From: Dimorphilus gyrociliatus
Lineage: Eukaryota; Animalia; Annelida
Reading direction: 5' to 3'
Assembly (NCBI GenBank): GCA_904063045.1
Contig: CAJFCJ010000077.1
Span: 21,229-74,748 of the forward strand
DNA length: 53,520 nucleotides
Shown one piece after another: positions 10,701 to 21,924 of this stretch (positions are counted from its first letter, which is position 1; every line of letters begins with the position of its first letter). The position numbers and the translations under genes are program-made. A model generated the notes under the pieces. It saw only the letters and a list, made by a program, of their open reading frames with translations, was not told the DNA's origin and did not search any database.

Positions 10701-11962
10701 AAGAATCTGAAGAGAAATAATATCCTTTTGTGCATGCCAAACTTCTTGCATGTTCTGGTCATCCAACTGCGAGACCTACAAATGCTTTGCATCCAGTAGG
10801 AATTGCTAAACAACATAGGAAACATACAGTTTAAAAAAATTGTTTTTTATTAAAGTTATTATGTATACATAAGCATATTTCAGCTCCAATTTTCTGAGTA
10901 TAATCATATTGACACTTATCAACTGTAGCTGAACCAATCGGACCACTACACCAGAGAACATTTGGAATTTCTTCAACGCAAGCTGTAAATTGTATTGAAT
11001 GTAAATATTTTGGACATCAATCAGTTAAATTATAAAATGCGTTACCTTTACAGCCTTGATATCCAGAACCAGCTTGTAGAACAGTGTGTTTACCAAAAAT
11101 ACTTGTATCACCCATACATTCACCTGATTTACATCTACAACTACCTCCAGAAAGTTCCAGAACTTTACATTGAGGTGATGCAATAGTACAGTCTGTCAAA
11201 TATTTTAAAAAGTTTTAGTATTTTTTTCCACAAAAAATTCATTTTGTATAAATACCATAACATCCTTTTGTCAGACTACTAGATACTTCTATTGATACCC
11301 ATTGTTTTGAACCTTTACATGTTTTACATTCAACATCCATCTTGTCAGCTGATAGTTGGCAGTCTTCACAGTCGGTTCCACAAGATTTACACACTCCTGC
11401 ATTTGCTCCTGCTAGAATAACAGGACAAGATCTACAAAAGCAGGCTTCATTTTCATCATTTACTTTTTTGGTTGCACATGACAAATCAGAAGGACAACTT
11501 GCAGCACAAGTTTTACTTGAAAATGAAAACTTTTTGTTATTTACACTAGAAGCTTTGGAAGCACAAGGAGATCTCAGACATTCCACTTTGTCGCCAATCA
11601 CTTCACAGTAATCACAGTTCAAAATTGAACATGACATTCAAGAATCAATGGCTCCACTATTTGCATTAAATTTTGGGGCATATTTTGCACTACACTTTAA
11701 ACATGTTATAGTAGAACCTCTCTAATTTGCAGAATGGAACTACATGTTTCACATTTCTTTGATGTTGTGAGAGCATAGGCTTTAGACATACATTCAGTAC
11801 ACGTATCTTTATCCAAACACTTGTTACAACCAGAAATTGCAGTGGAGCATAATTTGCATGTGTTGATGTTATTGCTTGTTTCCTTGTATGCATTTGTGTC
11901 ACAGGAACTACAACTGACACCAGTGTCTTTGTTATAAGTGCAAGCTTTGCAGTAGGAAATTT
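7771..11962 (-). pseudogene. Multi-exon cysteine-rich furin-like-repeat (CxxC, VSP/PCSK5-like) surface protein; 5' portion disabled
   Basis: Dozens of CxxC/CxxCxxC-GY motifs in ORFs 11239-11637, 11017-11199, 10456-10740, 9604-10038, 9031-9321 and 8001-8666. In-frame stops at 11638, 11017, 10759 (TGA) and 9507 (TAG), plus several frameshifts. Exons 9442-9048, 8974-8033 and 7922-7771 are open. Confidence 0.85.
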
Positions 11963-12255
11963 CTTAATTTTAATTGTGTTAAATGCATCTTTGTCATAAA
12001 AAATTGTAAAATTCTAATGACTGTGAAAATTTCCTTTTTGTTAAATAATAACTGACCATTGAACATTCTTATTTCTAACAGAAATTGCCAAGCAAGAGCA
12101 GTACAGTTCTATTTGTGTGAGTCGCAAAGCAATTGGCAAAGATAATTTTTCTGATGATTTTCATTGTTAAATTTTGCCAAATGGAAGTCAAAAAGGTAAA
12201 CTCTTAGTCTTTCACAAAGGCTATTCATACAATATTAAATGGAGAACTAAAAGAA

Positions 12256-12720
12256 TTAATATATATTTTCTATGTAATTGCATTCTTGTAAAGTTAAAGA
12301 ACATTCTGAAAATTTGATCTCTCTTAAAGTACTTGATGAGTTGGAAAGTCCTTGAAATCTATCTGATAATCCAACTCCCATACCAACATTTCCACCTAAA
12401 TCTATTTCTTCTAAGTTGCAACAATTTTCCAATAATTTTCCCAAATGTTTACAAGCATTTCCAAATATTTTACAGAAATTTAAATTGATACTTTTCAAAG
12501 ATTTTGAAGAGGAGCAAAGTCTATCAAGAATATTAAGTAGTCCATTTTACATTTTATGGCAAAAGTCCATTAAAAATCTCTACTAATTCATTATCTATAT
12601 TATGATTTTTACTTAAATTTTGTTCTTTCAATATTTGAGCATTTTATCAATAAATTTTTTATATTTAGACATTGATCTTTTGTCAAATAACAATTTTTTA
12701 AATTGATATCTTTTTTTTTA
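12256..12720 (-). pseudogene. Decayed NLR-type LRR fragment
   Basis: KDINLKNCYLTKDQC..CSNIER, a frameshift and a stop, then LCSSSKSLKSINLNFCK..CCNLEEIDLGGNVGMG. Same 57-aa repeat family as the other LRR arrays. Confidence 0.8.
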
Positions 12721-12863
12721 ATATAGTTTAAGAAAGAGATAGCTTTGCTTTTATTGTGAATTATAACCATTCTAATTCTAAACAATCTTTGATAAGAGAG
12801 ATTGGACGACCTCTATTCTCCTCTTCTGGTGGTTGAGAACGAACTTGTGGTTCTATTTAGACT

Positions 12864-13070
12864 GGAGTTGACAGAAAACGTCCACAAATGAGAAATTTCT
12901 AGACAAAAATTTGGATGGAGAAATGGTTAGGCAAAAGAAAACAGCAACTTATTTGTACTTAGGAGGGTCTCCTCTCAGGGTTAGGGGTAATGGAAAAGGT
13001 TAGGTACAGTTAAGGGCTGGGTTAGGGTTAGGGTAAAAGCACTCATTTGTGGACATTTTCTGTCGTATCC
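12864..13070 (+). mobile_element. MITE-like element with subterminal inverted repeats and internal TTAGGG-like units (copy 1)
   Basis: Arm gacagaaaacgtccacaaatgag (12870-12892) matches the reverse complement of 13042-13064 at 22/23. Internal ggttagggttaggg. Related to copies at 28229 and 34521. Confidence 0.75.
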
Positions 13071-13575
13071 GTTTTTCAACATATATTTGCATTTAAGTGA
13101 AATTTTTTGTAATTTATGTGTTCTTTTGGTTCATGGATGTTTTTTTTTCAGTTTATGGATGTTTTCTTGTGGGTCATGGACACTTTCTTTCTGTTTATGG
13201 ACGTTTTCTGTCGCATCCGTAGGAATTTGTCTCTTTTCATTTTTTAGACAAAAGAAACATAAAGCGCCAACAGTAGAATTTATTCTGAATTGTCAAAAAT
13301 CATACACTGAAGAATTGGATTGGAAGAGACAAGTCTTTTGCAGACATTTCAGAAGATATAAGTGACCTGGAATATTTAACTGATATTGCTCTTTCAGAAA
13401 ATAGAGCTGATTGTACATCTAAAGTCACCAATTTTTATTTATGTTAACTAACCTTAGATTTAATAAGTAGCAAAGAAGAAGGCAGTCAAGAATGGTCAGC
13501 TCATTGTAGTGAGAATAATTGTATTGGACAATATATTAGGGTCACCTGGAAAGTTCTCGTTCTTCTTTTTCAGAT

Positions 13576-13985
13576 TTACATAAATCTTTTTTGATAATGC
13601 TTCAATTTTTTTTTACATAGCATTTTTTGTATTACTGGCACAAGATCGGCTTCTCTTTTTAACTCATCTAGAAGATGATAAAATGATTTGCTGTTTCCAA
13701 CATTTAAATTCAATCTGTTATGAAAACCTTCCACATCAACAACTGTAATATCTATAGCAACAGGTTTATTTGTACAAAAATATTTAACAATCTGATGGTC
13801 TCCCAAATCTTCCTGAGGATGGTTTTCATCAGCCATTCCATCACTTGTGATAAGAGAATCAATCATTTCATTGTCAGAAACTATTTGTTTAGCTTCAAAT
13901 TCCTTTTTGTCACATCTTCTTAACACAATCTTTGCTTGGCAATTTTGAATTGAAACGCAGAGTGCATACAGATTGTCTGCAAGAA
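13576..13985 (-). CDS. Exon-like ORF of unknown function, probably part of a disrupted multi-exon gene
   Basis: Acceptor ttgcag followed by about 135 open codons with protein-like composition. The frame appears to shift in a poly-A run. No domain recognised. Confidence 0.3.
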
Positions 13986-14254
13986 ATAATATGAAATATA
14001 TAAATTTGATTAAAAAATGATTTTTAACATACCCTGTAGACAAATCCAATGATTAGTATGCTTACAAAGAGAGCATTTTCCCTTTTTTTGCTTGTTTATT
14101 GTCTTTTTGCAAGAAAAGTATTGTGGCCTCATTTTTGAATTCTAATATTATTTTGTAGAGAAAAAACTTTGATAAGAAATCTCTGAAAGAAAATGTAATA
14201 ATACTGCTTTATTTGCTTCTATAATATTTAAACAACTAAAGATGCAAGAGAAAA

Positions 14255-14923
14255 TTATGGAATCAGGTTGTATACCTGAGGTTTCCCCCCCCTCCCCCTC
14301 AATTTAGGGAATATGACTTTAACCTTTTCTGTAGCTATTGTTTGGAACTCATTTCTGACGTAAGATATATCAATTCCGCAACAATTTTCAGCTACTGAAT
14401 GGTATGATATAGTTTCTAAATATTGTCTGCTGATTAGTGACACTGCCACTCCGGTATCGATAAGGGCTGTAATTATGTGATTGGTTGATTTACCAGACGC
14501 TGGGGTTTGTACTGTTGTCTCGTATATGGTCATTCTTTCTTGCCTTTCCTTTGATTGATTATAATTGATAGAAGATATGGCTTTCAGTGACACTAGTATG
14601 GCCACCTTGTAGACAGTTCTGACACCTGTGGAACCTTTGAATCATCAGCTGTCTTTCTTTGCACACCAAGTTTGATGTAAAACAGACAATAGACCTAACT
14701 TTCTTACCACTGAGCCAAAATCACCGAGATGTTTATTAATTGTGGATATAGTTTGGGATTGAGCATCATATAGTAATCTCTGTGAAAACTGTATAAGTTT
14801 CTCGAGTCGAGAGCATCCTTTGTATTTTACCAACTTCAACATTGCAAGAAGTGTCTTAAACTCAATCCAATCGTCAACATTTTGATGTGGGAATGGAGCT
14901 GTTTTGTCCAAGATTTGTTCCAC
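14255..14923 (-). mobile_element. Ty3/Gypsy gag and aspartyl protease fragment
   Basis: ALIDTGVAVSLIS retropepsin active-site motif in 14255-14605, with a helical gag-like ORF at 14645-14923 upstream. Confidence 0.7.
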
Positions 14924-15192
14924 AATATTACCACCTCATAAGGTAGTATCGCCATAAACATAATCTAAAGTTTAGACAAAACTCAAAAAAATCTTCTTCT
15001 TTATCGCTATCATTTGCCATTTCAAGATACTCATGGCACATTGTCTCCTCTGCTGTCCAGTTCTTTAAAATCCATACCATGCCACAACTAAAGTCTCAAT
15101 AACTTTTAAACCAGGGCTTGTAAGTTGAGAAAGTATTTAGTGACAGTACTTTAATCAATTCACTTTGTATTAATGCTAAAAATATAGGCCTA

Positions 15193-15800
15193 CAGTGTAC
15201 CATTTTAAAAATACAGCCATATATAAAAGGAAATGCATTTCCCAAGCTTGTCAATTTAATTTTTTAACTGTCAGCCAGTTGTTAAAATATGCTTGTTTAG
15301 AACTAGAAGCTTATTTTACTGAATACATATTTAAGGAAAAAGTATATTTTGTGAACACTATTTTTTTGAATCATTTATTTTATTTTGGTATAGCAAAATG
15401 AGATTAAGAGTCTGGTAATTCAAAAATATAAAGAATTAGGAAAAGTAAGGGAAATGGCAAGGGACTTGGGAATGGCACCATCTACAGTAATCAATATTTT
15501 AAAATATAAGCCACCTAACCAAGGGAATAGGGGATCATCCAAAAAGATTCATAGAAAGAGATCTAGCTAGAGAGAGTAGAACTGTGAAGAGGCTTAAAAG
15601 AAAAAAGCAAAGGGTGACACAGGAAAGGCTGTAAATGAATTGTTAAATGAAAATAATATGGACATCAGTGGAAATTTTATCAAATAATTGATAGTCAGAT
15701 TTTTGGCAAAGGGGGACAATTTGATGTCAGCTTAATATTTACAGATGGCCCAAGTCAGAGTTGAATGACCATGGGCATAAGAACGAATCAAGCCAAACAA
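15193..15800 (+). mobile_element. Tc1/mariner-like remnant (left end plus HTH of a decayed transposase)
   Basis: Begins TA|CAGTG at 15191. Translation near 15400-15510 gives EIKSLVIQKYKELGKVREMARDLGMAPSTVINILK (paired-like HTH), followed by stops. 15222-15340 is shared with other repeat copies. Confidence 0.55.
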
Positions 15801-15929
15801 GAGATGAATGTATCAATTTTTTTTATAGCTTTTTTACTGAAACAAAATTTTATTCCAAAAGAAAATTATCCTTAAAAATCAATAATTACCATATCAGGCT
15901 ATTTATTCAAATTTCAATTACATTCATAG

Positions 15930-17852
15930 TCACATATCTGTATTTTCCACGCAACCTCTATACATTACTTTGCAAGTGTCTCCTACTTTTAATTTCACAA
16001 GGCCTGTTCTGGATACTAGCTCAGCATATCTATTATGATTGTTATTCTTGTGTAATGTAAAAGCAATCCCATTGTTTACTTCAATATGAGCCTCAGCTTG
16101 ATGGGCTACTATGCTCAATTCTATAAAATAAGTTGCATTGATTGGTGCTGTAAAAACTCCTGCTCTATTCCATGAATTTGATGTGTCTATTGCTATAGTA
16201 TCAAATGTCAATGTTTTAAGTGTTGAAGAACATTGTGTTAGATTGTTATAACCAAAAACTGCTGGCAACGATTCATTCAACTGAAATGCCGTTATGTATG
16301 ATTCTAACATGGGACTTGTATAATGTCTGCTTCCATGAAGCTGCAATCGTTCATGTGCTTTCATATTGTGCAAAAATCCTCTAGACAAGTGATATGTAGG
16401 CTGCCTATAGCCTCCAAAGTATATTTTGGAATGTATTATAGAATATTTTCCTATAAAATTATTTGTAGAAATTTCAATTTTATGATCACTTTGATGATAT
16501 TTAATTCCACCACCAAAATTGATATAGTATAAACCAGCTTGCCTTGAATATATAATTTGCTTGCTTGGTGACATTGTAAAACCTCTCAGAGCAATGACAA
16601 TATCTAAAGGTTTTGAAGAAGCAAGAGATATTTTATCAGTAGCAGCACAAATATAATTATTGGTTTCATATCTAAAACCAACCCAAGCTGTTTCCTTTCC
16701 TCTTTCTGTTCCAAATAGAATGGAATTGTTTTTATAATGGTTAATAAAAGGTCTATGTATACTGCTTAAGAAATATAAAGCACTTCTTGAAATTGTATTA
16801 GTTGTGGTTCTGTGAGTATACATTATCCTTTTGTATAGACCTACTGTTACACCAGAATTCTCCAATCCCATATAAGTACCTTTTTCAGTTCTTGTTGTTA
16901 TAGAAAAAAAGTACATTCCAGGCTTTTTAATTCGTACTTCTTTTGTCACTGAATTATATAGATTATCATCATTTACATCAATAGAGCTCCACTGAATGTT
17001 TTCAGCATTAACATGTGTTGTCTCTTGCAATGATACCATAAATGCTGGATTTGCAGGTTCTGTACAATTAGGAGATTTACATTCTCTTATATCAATTGGA
17101 GTGCCAGGGCATTCAGGTCCACCATTCTCAGGAATAGGGTTGTTACAATCTCTTCTCCTTGTTTGAATACCATCACCACCACATTCTGGCTCACAGTCAG
17201 ACCAGATTGACCATTCACTCCAACCACCTGCAATGGGGCACTTTGAATCTTTAAGTGGGACACACATTTGAGCACTACATTCTCTGGTATTAACAAATGG
17301 AGTATAAAAATAGCCATCAGGACATTGCTGTGGCTAAGATTCACCATTGTTACAGTGATAGTAAATTCTACAATCAATCAAACTTGGAACAGTATCATTT
17401 TTATTAGGATTACATTCATTTGTCTTAGTAAAACACTGCTTTCCATTAAATTCTAATTCACCAGATGGACATGGAATTGCTTTCTGTGAAAATGACATAG
17501 GGCGTTGTTGAGCAGTTTCCAAACAACCAGAAAATTCAGGATCTACACAGGCAGTTAGACTGCAGTCTGATAAGGAGAATTTAAAGTGAAGTCCAGGTGG
17601 ACATTTCCTTAAATGTGAAGTCCCATTAATACAATGATGATATGTATCACACAAGGAATTATCTCTAAATACCCCATTGATTGGCCTTCCTCTGTCATCA
17701 ACAGGACAGAAGAACGAAGCAGAAATGGTATTATAGAAGGAAAACAGATCTGTAAAATTGCAGTCACATAGAAATAAAAAAGATATTTTATATAATTAAA
17801 AAGATCACATACACAAGCAAAAGAATTGGATTTTCTTAGTAATGACTTCCAT
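15930..17852 (-). pseudogene. Secreted protein: signal peptide, 2 chitin-binding type-2 (CBM14) domains, TSP1 and 3 C1q-like domains; interrupted by one in-frame TAG
   Basis: Exon 1 at 17852-17813 (MEVITKKIQFFCL), intron 17812-17750 (GTATGT..cag). CDTYHHC..CPPGLHF and CRIYYHC..CPDGYFY (CBM14). WSEWSIWSDC..CGGDGIQTRRRDC (TSP1). TFDTIAIDTSNSWN..GVFTAPINATYF (C1q). TAG at 17334-17336 lies in the same frame as both flanking ORFs. Confidence 0.82.
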
Positions 17853-18262
17853 GAATGTTGTTCAAAATACAGAAATTTTGGATGTAGGACAATGATCATC
17901 TGACATATATATATACTTCAATTAGAGTTGGCCCTTATAGATTTGATTAAGCTTACAGAGTCAAAAACTAGCATTAAATAGAAAGTTGAAAAGTTAAAAA
18001 GTATGTTACATTGTGTGTTTGATAAAAAACAACTGTCAAACCTCTAAAGAAGAGTTGTTTTTATCATTCATTATCAGCCTGTTTCTCTTTGTAATAAACA
18101 TAAATGTTCACTTATCTTATCAATATCATCTTATTCAATCTTTAGGATAAAGAATTCTCGTTAAATCTTATCTAAAAAATTTGCTTTTTTACATTTTTAC
18201 AACTTTCATTATATTTAATGTTTATACTATTGTACTGCTCTTGCTGGCAAAATCTATGCATT

Positions 18263-18797
18263 TGCAAGTTATAACAATACTGGTTCTACTCGAACCTTTT
18301 AAACAAATGTTTAAAATAAAATGGTTTATTCGCAATAATAATACTTAAGCAAGTAACAATATGAGAGTTCAATAGCAGAGTAGATAGTTCGTAAAAGCAG
18401 GTTGCCAAATTACTAAACTGTCTTCCAATGTTGAGGAGTAGATGGATGGTTCCAGGGGAGGTTGTTTCCAGGTTATCTTCCCAGGTCCTGGGGTCCTGAT
18501 GGGAGCGCCTAGAATGAAAATAGTGAGGTTGTATATGCTTTGAGGTTTGCCCCTGATATCCAATTGTCACTTTACAGTTGCCTAAATGTGTAGTTCATAT
18601 TTATCTTCAGCAACAGGATGTTACAAGGTTCAACATTTAGGAATTTTAATTGAATTGTAACTTGGCCACACCTTTATCTTGATTTAATAAGAATTACTGG
18701 TGGTTGTTCTTCTTTATCAGTTTGTTGTTGAGCAGAGCTACAACTTTGTTTAGTTTAGGGTTTTCAGGGAGGTTTTCTGTGGTTTTACTTGTGGTGA
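18263..18797 (-). repeat. Left arm of a 535-bp inverted duplication (partner 22790-23323)
   Basis: The reverse complement aligns with 22790-23323 at about 97% identity by eye; the twin ORFs MDIRGKPQSIYNLTIF.. confirm it. Confidence 0.95.
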
Positions 18798-19427
18798 CTG
18801 TGTCTTCTCTTTGTGTTCTTCTTTTTGCCACTATATTTGAAAATGATGATACATATTGTTGAAATTGCAATACTCAAACAAATATTTTTTATGATAATAT
18901 AGAGTGTTTTCCCAGGTTGATAGTACCAATTATGAAAAAACTGCTTAATTCCAGATAGATTGGGTACAATGCCATTTTTCTCTGCAGCAGTGATCATATT
19001 ATCATACCTGGCCTGCTTCTGTTTCAGTGAACTGATTACTTGCTTGATTTTTGATTGTTGGTATGAAATATCTTTCTTTATGCCATAGTTGAGTAGGACA
19101 GCTAATCTGAAAATTTCAATTTTTGGTTTAGAAAGGTGATTGTAGATATTTAACTGCAGACACAGTGTGAAATCTGCATCCTCTTTCTGAATAATACACG
19201 TATGTTTTGTCTTTCACTGGTTGGTTTTTTATAGGATTTAATGAGTTGTGAGTTGTTTTGTAGAACAACTTGTTTGACTTACTCTCAGTGCAGGTAATTT
19301 CTTCAAGATTAACCTGCTGTAAAATATGAGCAACTGGTTCCACTTGGAAAAGCAGGTTCTTTATAGTGAGAAGTAAAAATTGAGAACATTTGTTATCCTT
19401 TTTCATCACTCTTAAGTCACAAGCCAC
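18785..19427 (-). mobile_element. Envelope/glycoprotein-like C-terminal remnant next to a Gypsy pol fragment
   Basis: ACDLRV..C..LLFQVEPVAHILQQV..EITC, then a single TM helix ICLSIAISTICIIIF and a basic tail KYSGKKKNTKRR. Frameshifted. Confidence 0.45.
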
Positions 19428-19465
19428 TTCTGTTGAGTCTATTGGTGAGGATTGTTTAATTATAG

Positions 19466-20236
19466 CTAATTAGTCAATCCAAAAAGCATCTTAATAAATT
19501 CAAACAAGCCAAATGGTGTAATAAATGCTGTTTTAGACCTATCTTCTTTCTTGATGTTAATATGGTGGTATGCACTTGTCAAATCCATTGTAGAAAAGAA
19601 TTTATTTCCTCCTCCCTAATGGTCAAAAAGATCATCTTGATTTGGCAGTGGATACTTGTTTTTAACTGTCATTTTGTTTAGTTTTCTATAATCTACACAC
19701 ATTCGTAGACTACCTTCCTTCTTTCTTACTTGGTTGAATAACTTTGCTTTTTACCAACTCAGCTATTTGTTGTTTACATTCTTCTTGTTTTTGAGGAGGC
19801 ATTCTATATGGCTTTTGTCTATATGGTGTTGAACCTGGTTCAAGAGTCATTTCCAGAGGTGGTACCTCTGGATTGCCAATATCAAATCTGTCTTCTGCAA
19901 TAGTTTCTTTATATTTCTTCAGAATTTGAGCAACTTTTTGCTTCATCTTAGGATTTTCTTGTTCAATTGTTGTCTGAAGGGTATGTATTTGACTCTCATT
20001 CTTTTTCATTGTGAGAGTCCTTTGAAAGATAAATGTTGTGTTTTAATAGGGTAATTCTTTTCCATAACTGGCTGGAGTATAACCTGCCTCTTACAGAAGT
20101 CAAGGGTAGTTCCATTTTGTTGTAGAAAGTCACACCCAATAATACATTGTTGTGTAATGATTTTGTTGATCTGAAAGCATTGTTTAATAATTTTTCCATT
20201 GAAATAAAGTCTGAGATATGCAAAACTCAGAAACAT
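19466..20236 (-). mobile_element. Ty3/Gypsy pol fragment (protease C-terminus and N-terminal half of RT)
   Basis: CIIGCDFL; PYRQKPYRMPP; [22 protein letters not shown]; FSTMDLTSAYHHI; KTAFITPFGLFEF..MLFGL. Truncated before YxDD. Confidence 0.92.
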
Positions 20237-20543
20237 AAATATAAAGAATTGGAAGGTAAAATTTGTTTTGTTTGGAAAGAATTTGCAAATAGTAATAAAA
20301 CAGCTGATGATATTTCAATAGAAGTTTGCAACATGCATTATCCATAACTTTTAAAAGGGGGTTGTTGAAAACGCCCACTGTGTTTTTTGAAAATGCCCAC
20401 CATTCCTAAGCTACAAAAGTTGTATAATTACATATGAAATGATAACACTTTAAATTGAAACAATAGAGACAGTAAAAATATTAGTTTTTACATGTGTATT
20501 AAAAAAATGTAATAGAATTATTTAGAGTAGAAACATTGGAATA

Positions 20544-20638
20544 GGGGTGAAACCATACCTGGATTAAATCGTACCCACTACAGGGTTAAACTGTACCCAC
20601 GTTAAACCATACCCATTATGGGGTTTAACCGTACCCAT
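20544..20638 (+). repeat. Five irregularly spaced copies of a TTAAAC(C/T)(G/A)TACCCA-like motif
   Basis: gtgaaaccatacc, ttaaatcgtaccca, ttaaactgtaccca, ttaaaccataccca, tttaaccgtaccca. Confidence 0.8.
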
Positions 20639-21160
20639 TGTTAATTGCCAAAGGTGTAAGCAATGACATCATCTTATTTCTCATGATAAACTCATTGCAT
20701 AAAAGTTCAGATAGTTGTTTAAATACAGTTTGTAAATTTTGGAAGTTCTTCTTCCAGTTTCTGGAATTGTGATGTCTTTTTCATCATGTTTTCCTCCACT
20801 TTCCTTTAGCAATATCTGGGTTGCACTGTAAGAGTGTAAATTTCCCATTTGCTTTCATTATTTAAAATTGGTTTCGTGTTGGACTTACATACCAAACATT
20901 TAATTTTGGTAATGAGTTGAAAGTGATTTCTTTGTCCTTCAATCTGAAATCATCCAATCTGAATCTTGCAGTAAATTTCAATTTGGAATTTTTCAGCATT
21001 GTCAGAATGTAATTGTTATCTATATCCCAAATATCAAGTGAAATAATATTTTCCAAAATAAGTGTTTTTACTATTGTTTTGATTGTGTTTTTAGCAACAT
21101 GTGAGAGCTTTTATCACCTGCTCTATACCAATCATTATAAGTTACAATATTTAATTTATC

Positions 21161-21440
21161 TGTGTACTTTGTTGTATTGTAATTGTAGGAATTTCTGGTT
21201 CGTCACAACTGTAATGGTCCTTTCCAATCATTTACCAATTTGCCAAAGTACTCAAACAAATAAAACCTTTCAAGTTTGTCTGCAAATAGTCTAATAAATG
21301 TAATTTTGATAGAAATTAATGAACAAAACACGAGTATTTTGTCCAAAGAATATATATTGAGTGAAATGAGCTTCTAGATCTAAAAAAGCAAGTTTAAACA
21401 ACCAGCTGACAGTTAGAGAACTGAGCTATCAACTGTTAAT
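21161..21440 (-). repeat. Dispersed repeat family copy, probably Tc1-like DNA
   Basis: Near-identical to 34964-35230 (gtactttgttgtattgtaattgtaggaatttctggttcgtcacaactg..); reverse complement of 23598-23892. Confidence 0.85.
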
Positions 21441-21924
21441 TTAGTAGAGTATAGCTGACCAATGTATGTGTTTCATTTGCATTTCTCAAAAAGGATTTCT
21501 TTTTTCCTTGAAACTTTTCCAGTCTCATAGCTTTAATATTTGAAATAACTAACTCTGTTAGCATTATCCTATTTGCATTTAATAAATCAAATGGTTTATG
21601 TGTAACTAACACTCTAGTTCCTGGTCCACCAAATCCTCTTATGTATCTGTCTTGATATGGGAGGTCCATTATTGCATAACTTGGATATGAGAAGTATCTT
21701 CTTACCTTGAAGCATTCTACATTTTTATCCATGGCTTTCCAAGGTGATGTATAACTCTGTGTATTATTACCAATAGTTAACTGGCATAATCCACTCCATT
21801 TTCTTGTATTTATCCTGTTCATTTCTTGTCCAATGTGTTCATTTTGTATTTGTACCCAGTCAGCAATTGTGTTAATTGTAGGTTTCTTTGCTAAGTGGTA
21901 CTTTGTCACCTTTCTTATTGTCAC
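21436..21924 (-). CDS. Orphan 162-aa ORF inside the retroelement-rich interval
   Basis: Open frame with protein-like composition, cut at its 3' end by the repeat at 21161-21440. No motif recognised. Confidence 0.3.
   Translation of the reverse strand: MTIRKVTKYHLAKKPTINTIADWVQIQNEHIGQEMNRINTRKWSGLCQLTIGNNTQSYTSPWKAMDKNVECFKVRRYFSYPSYAIMDLPYQDRYIRGFGGPGTRVLVTHKPFDLLNANRIMLTELVISNIKAMRLEKFQGKKKSFLRNANETHTLVSYTLLN

Noticed and set aside
13018-13034. TTAGGG units as telomere or chromosome-fusion remnants
   Set aside because: Only two or three units, embedded at a fixed position inside a dispersed MITE.
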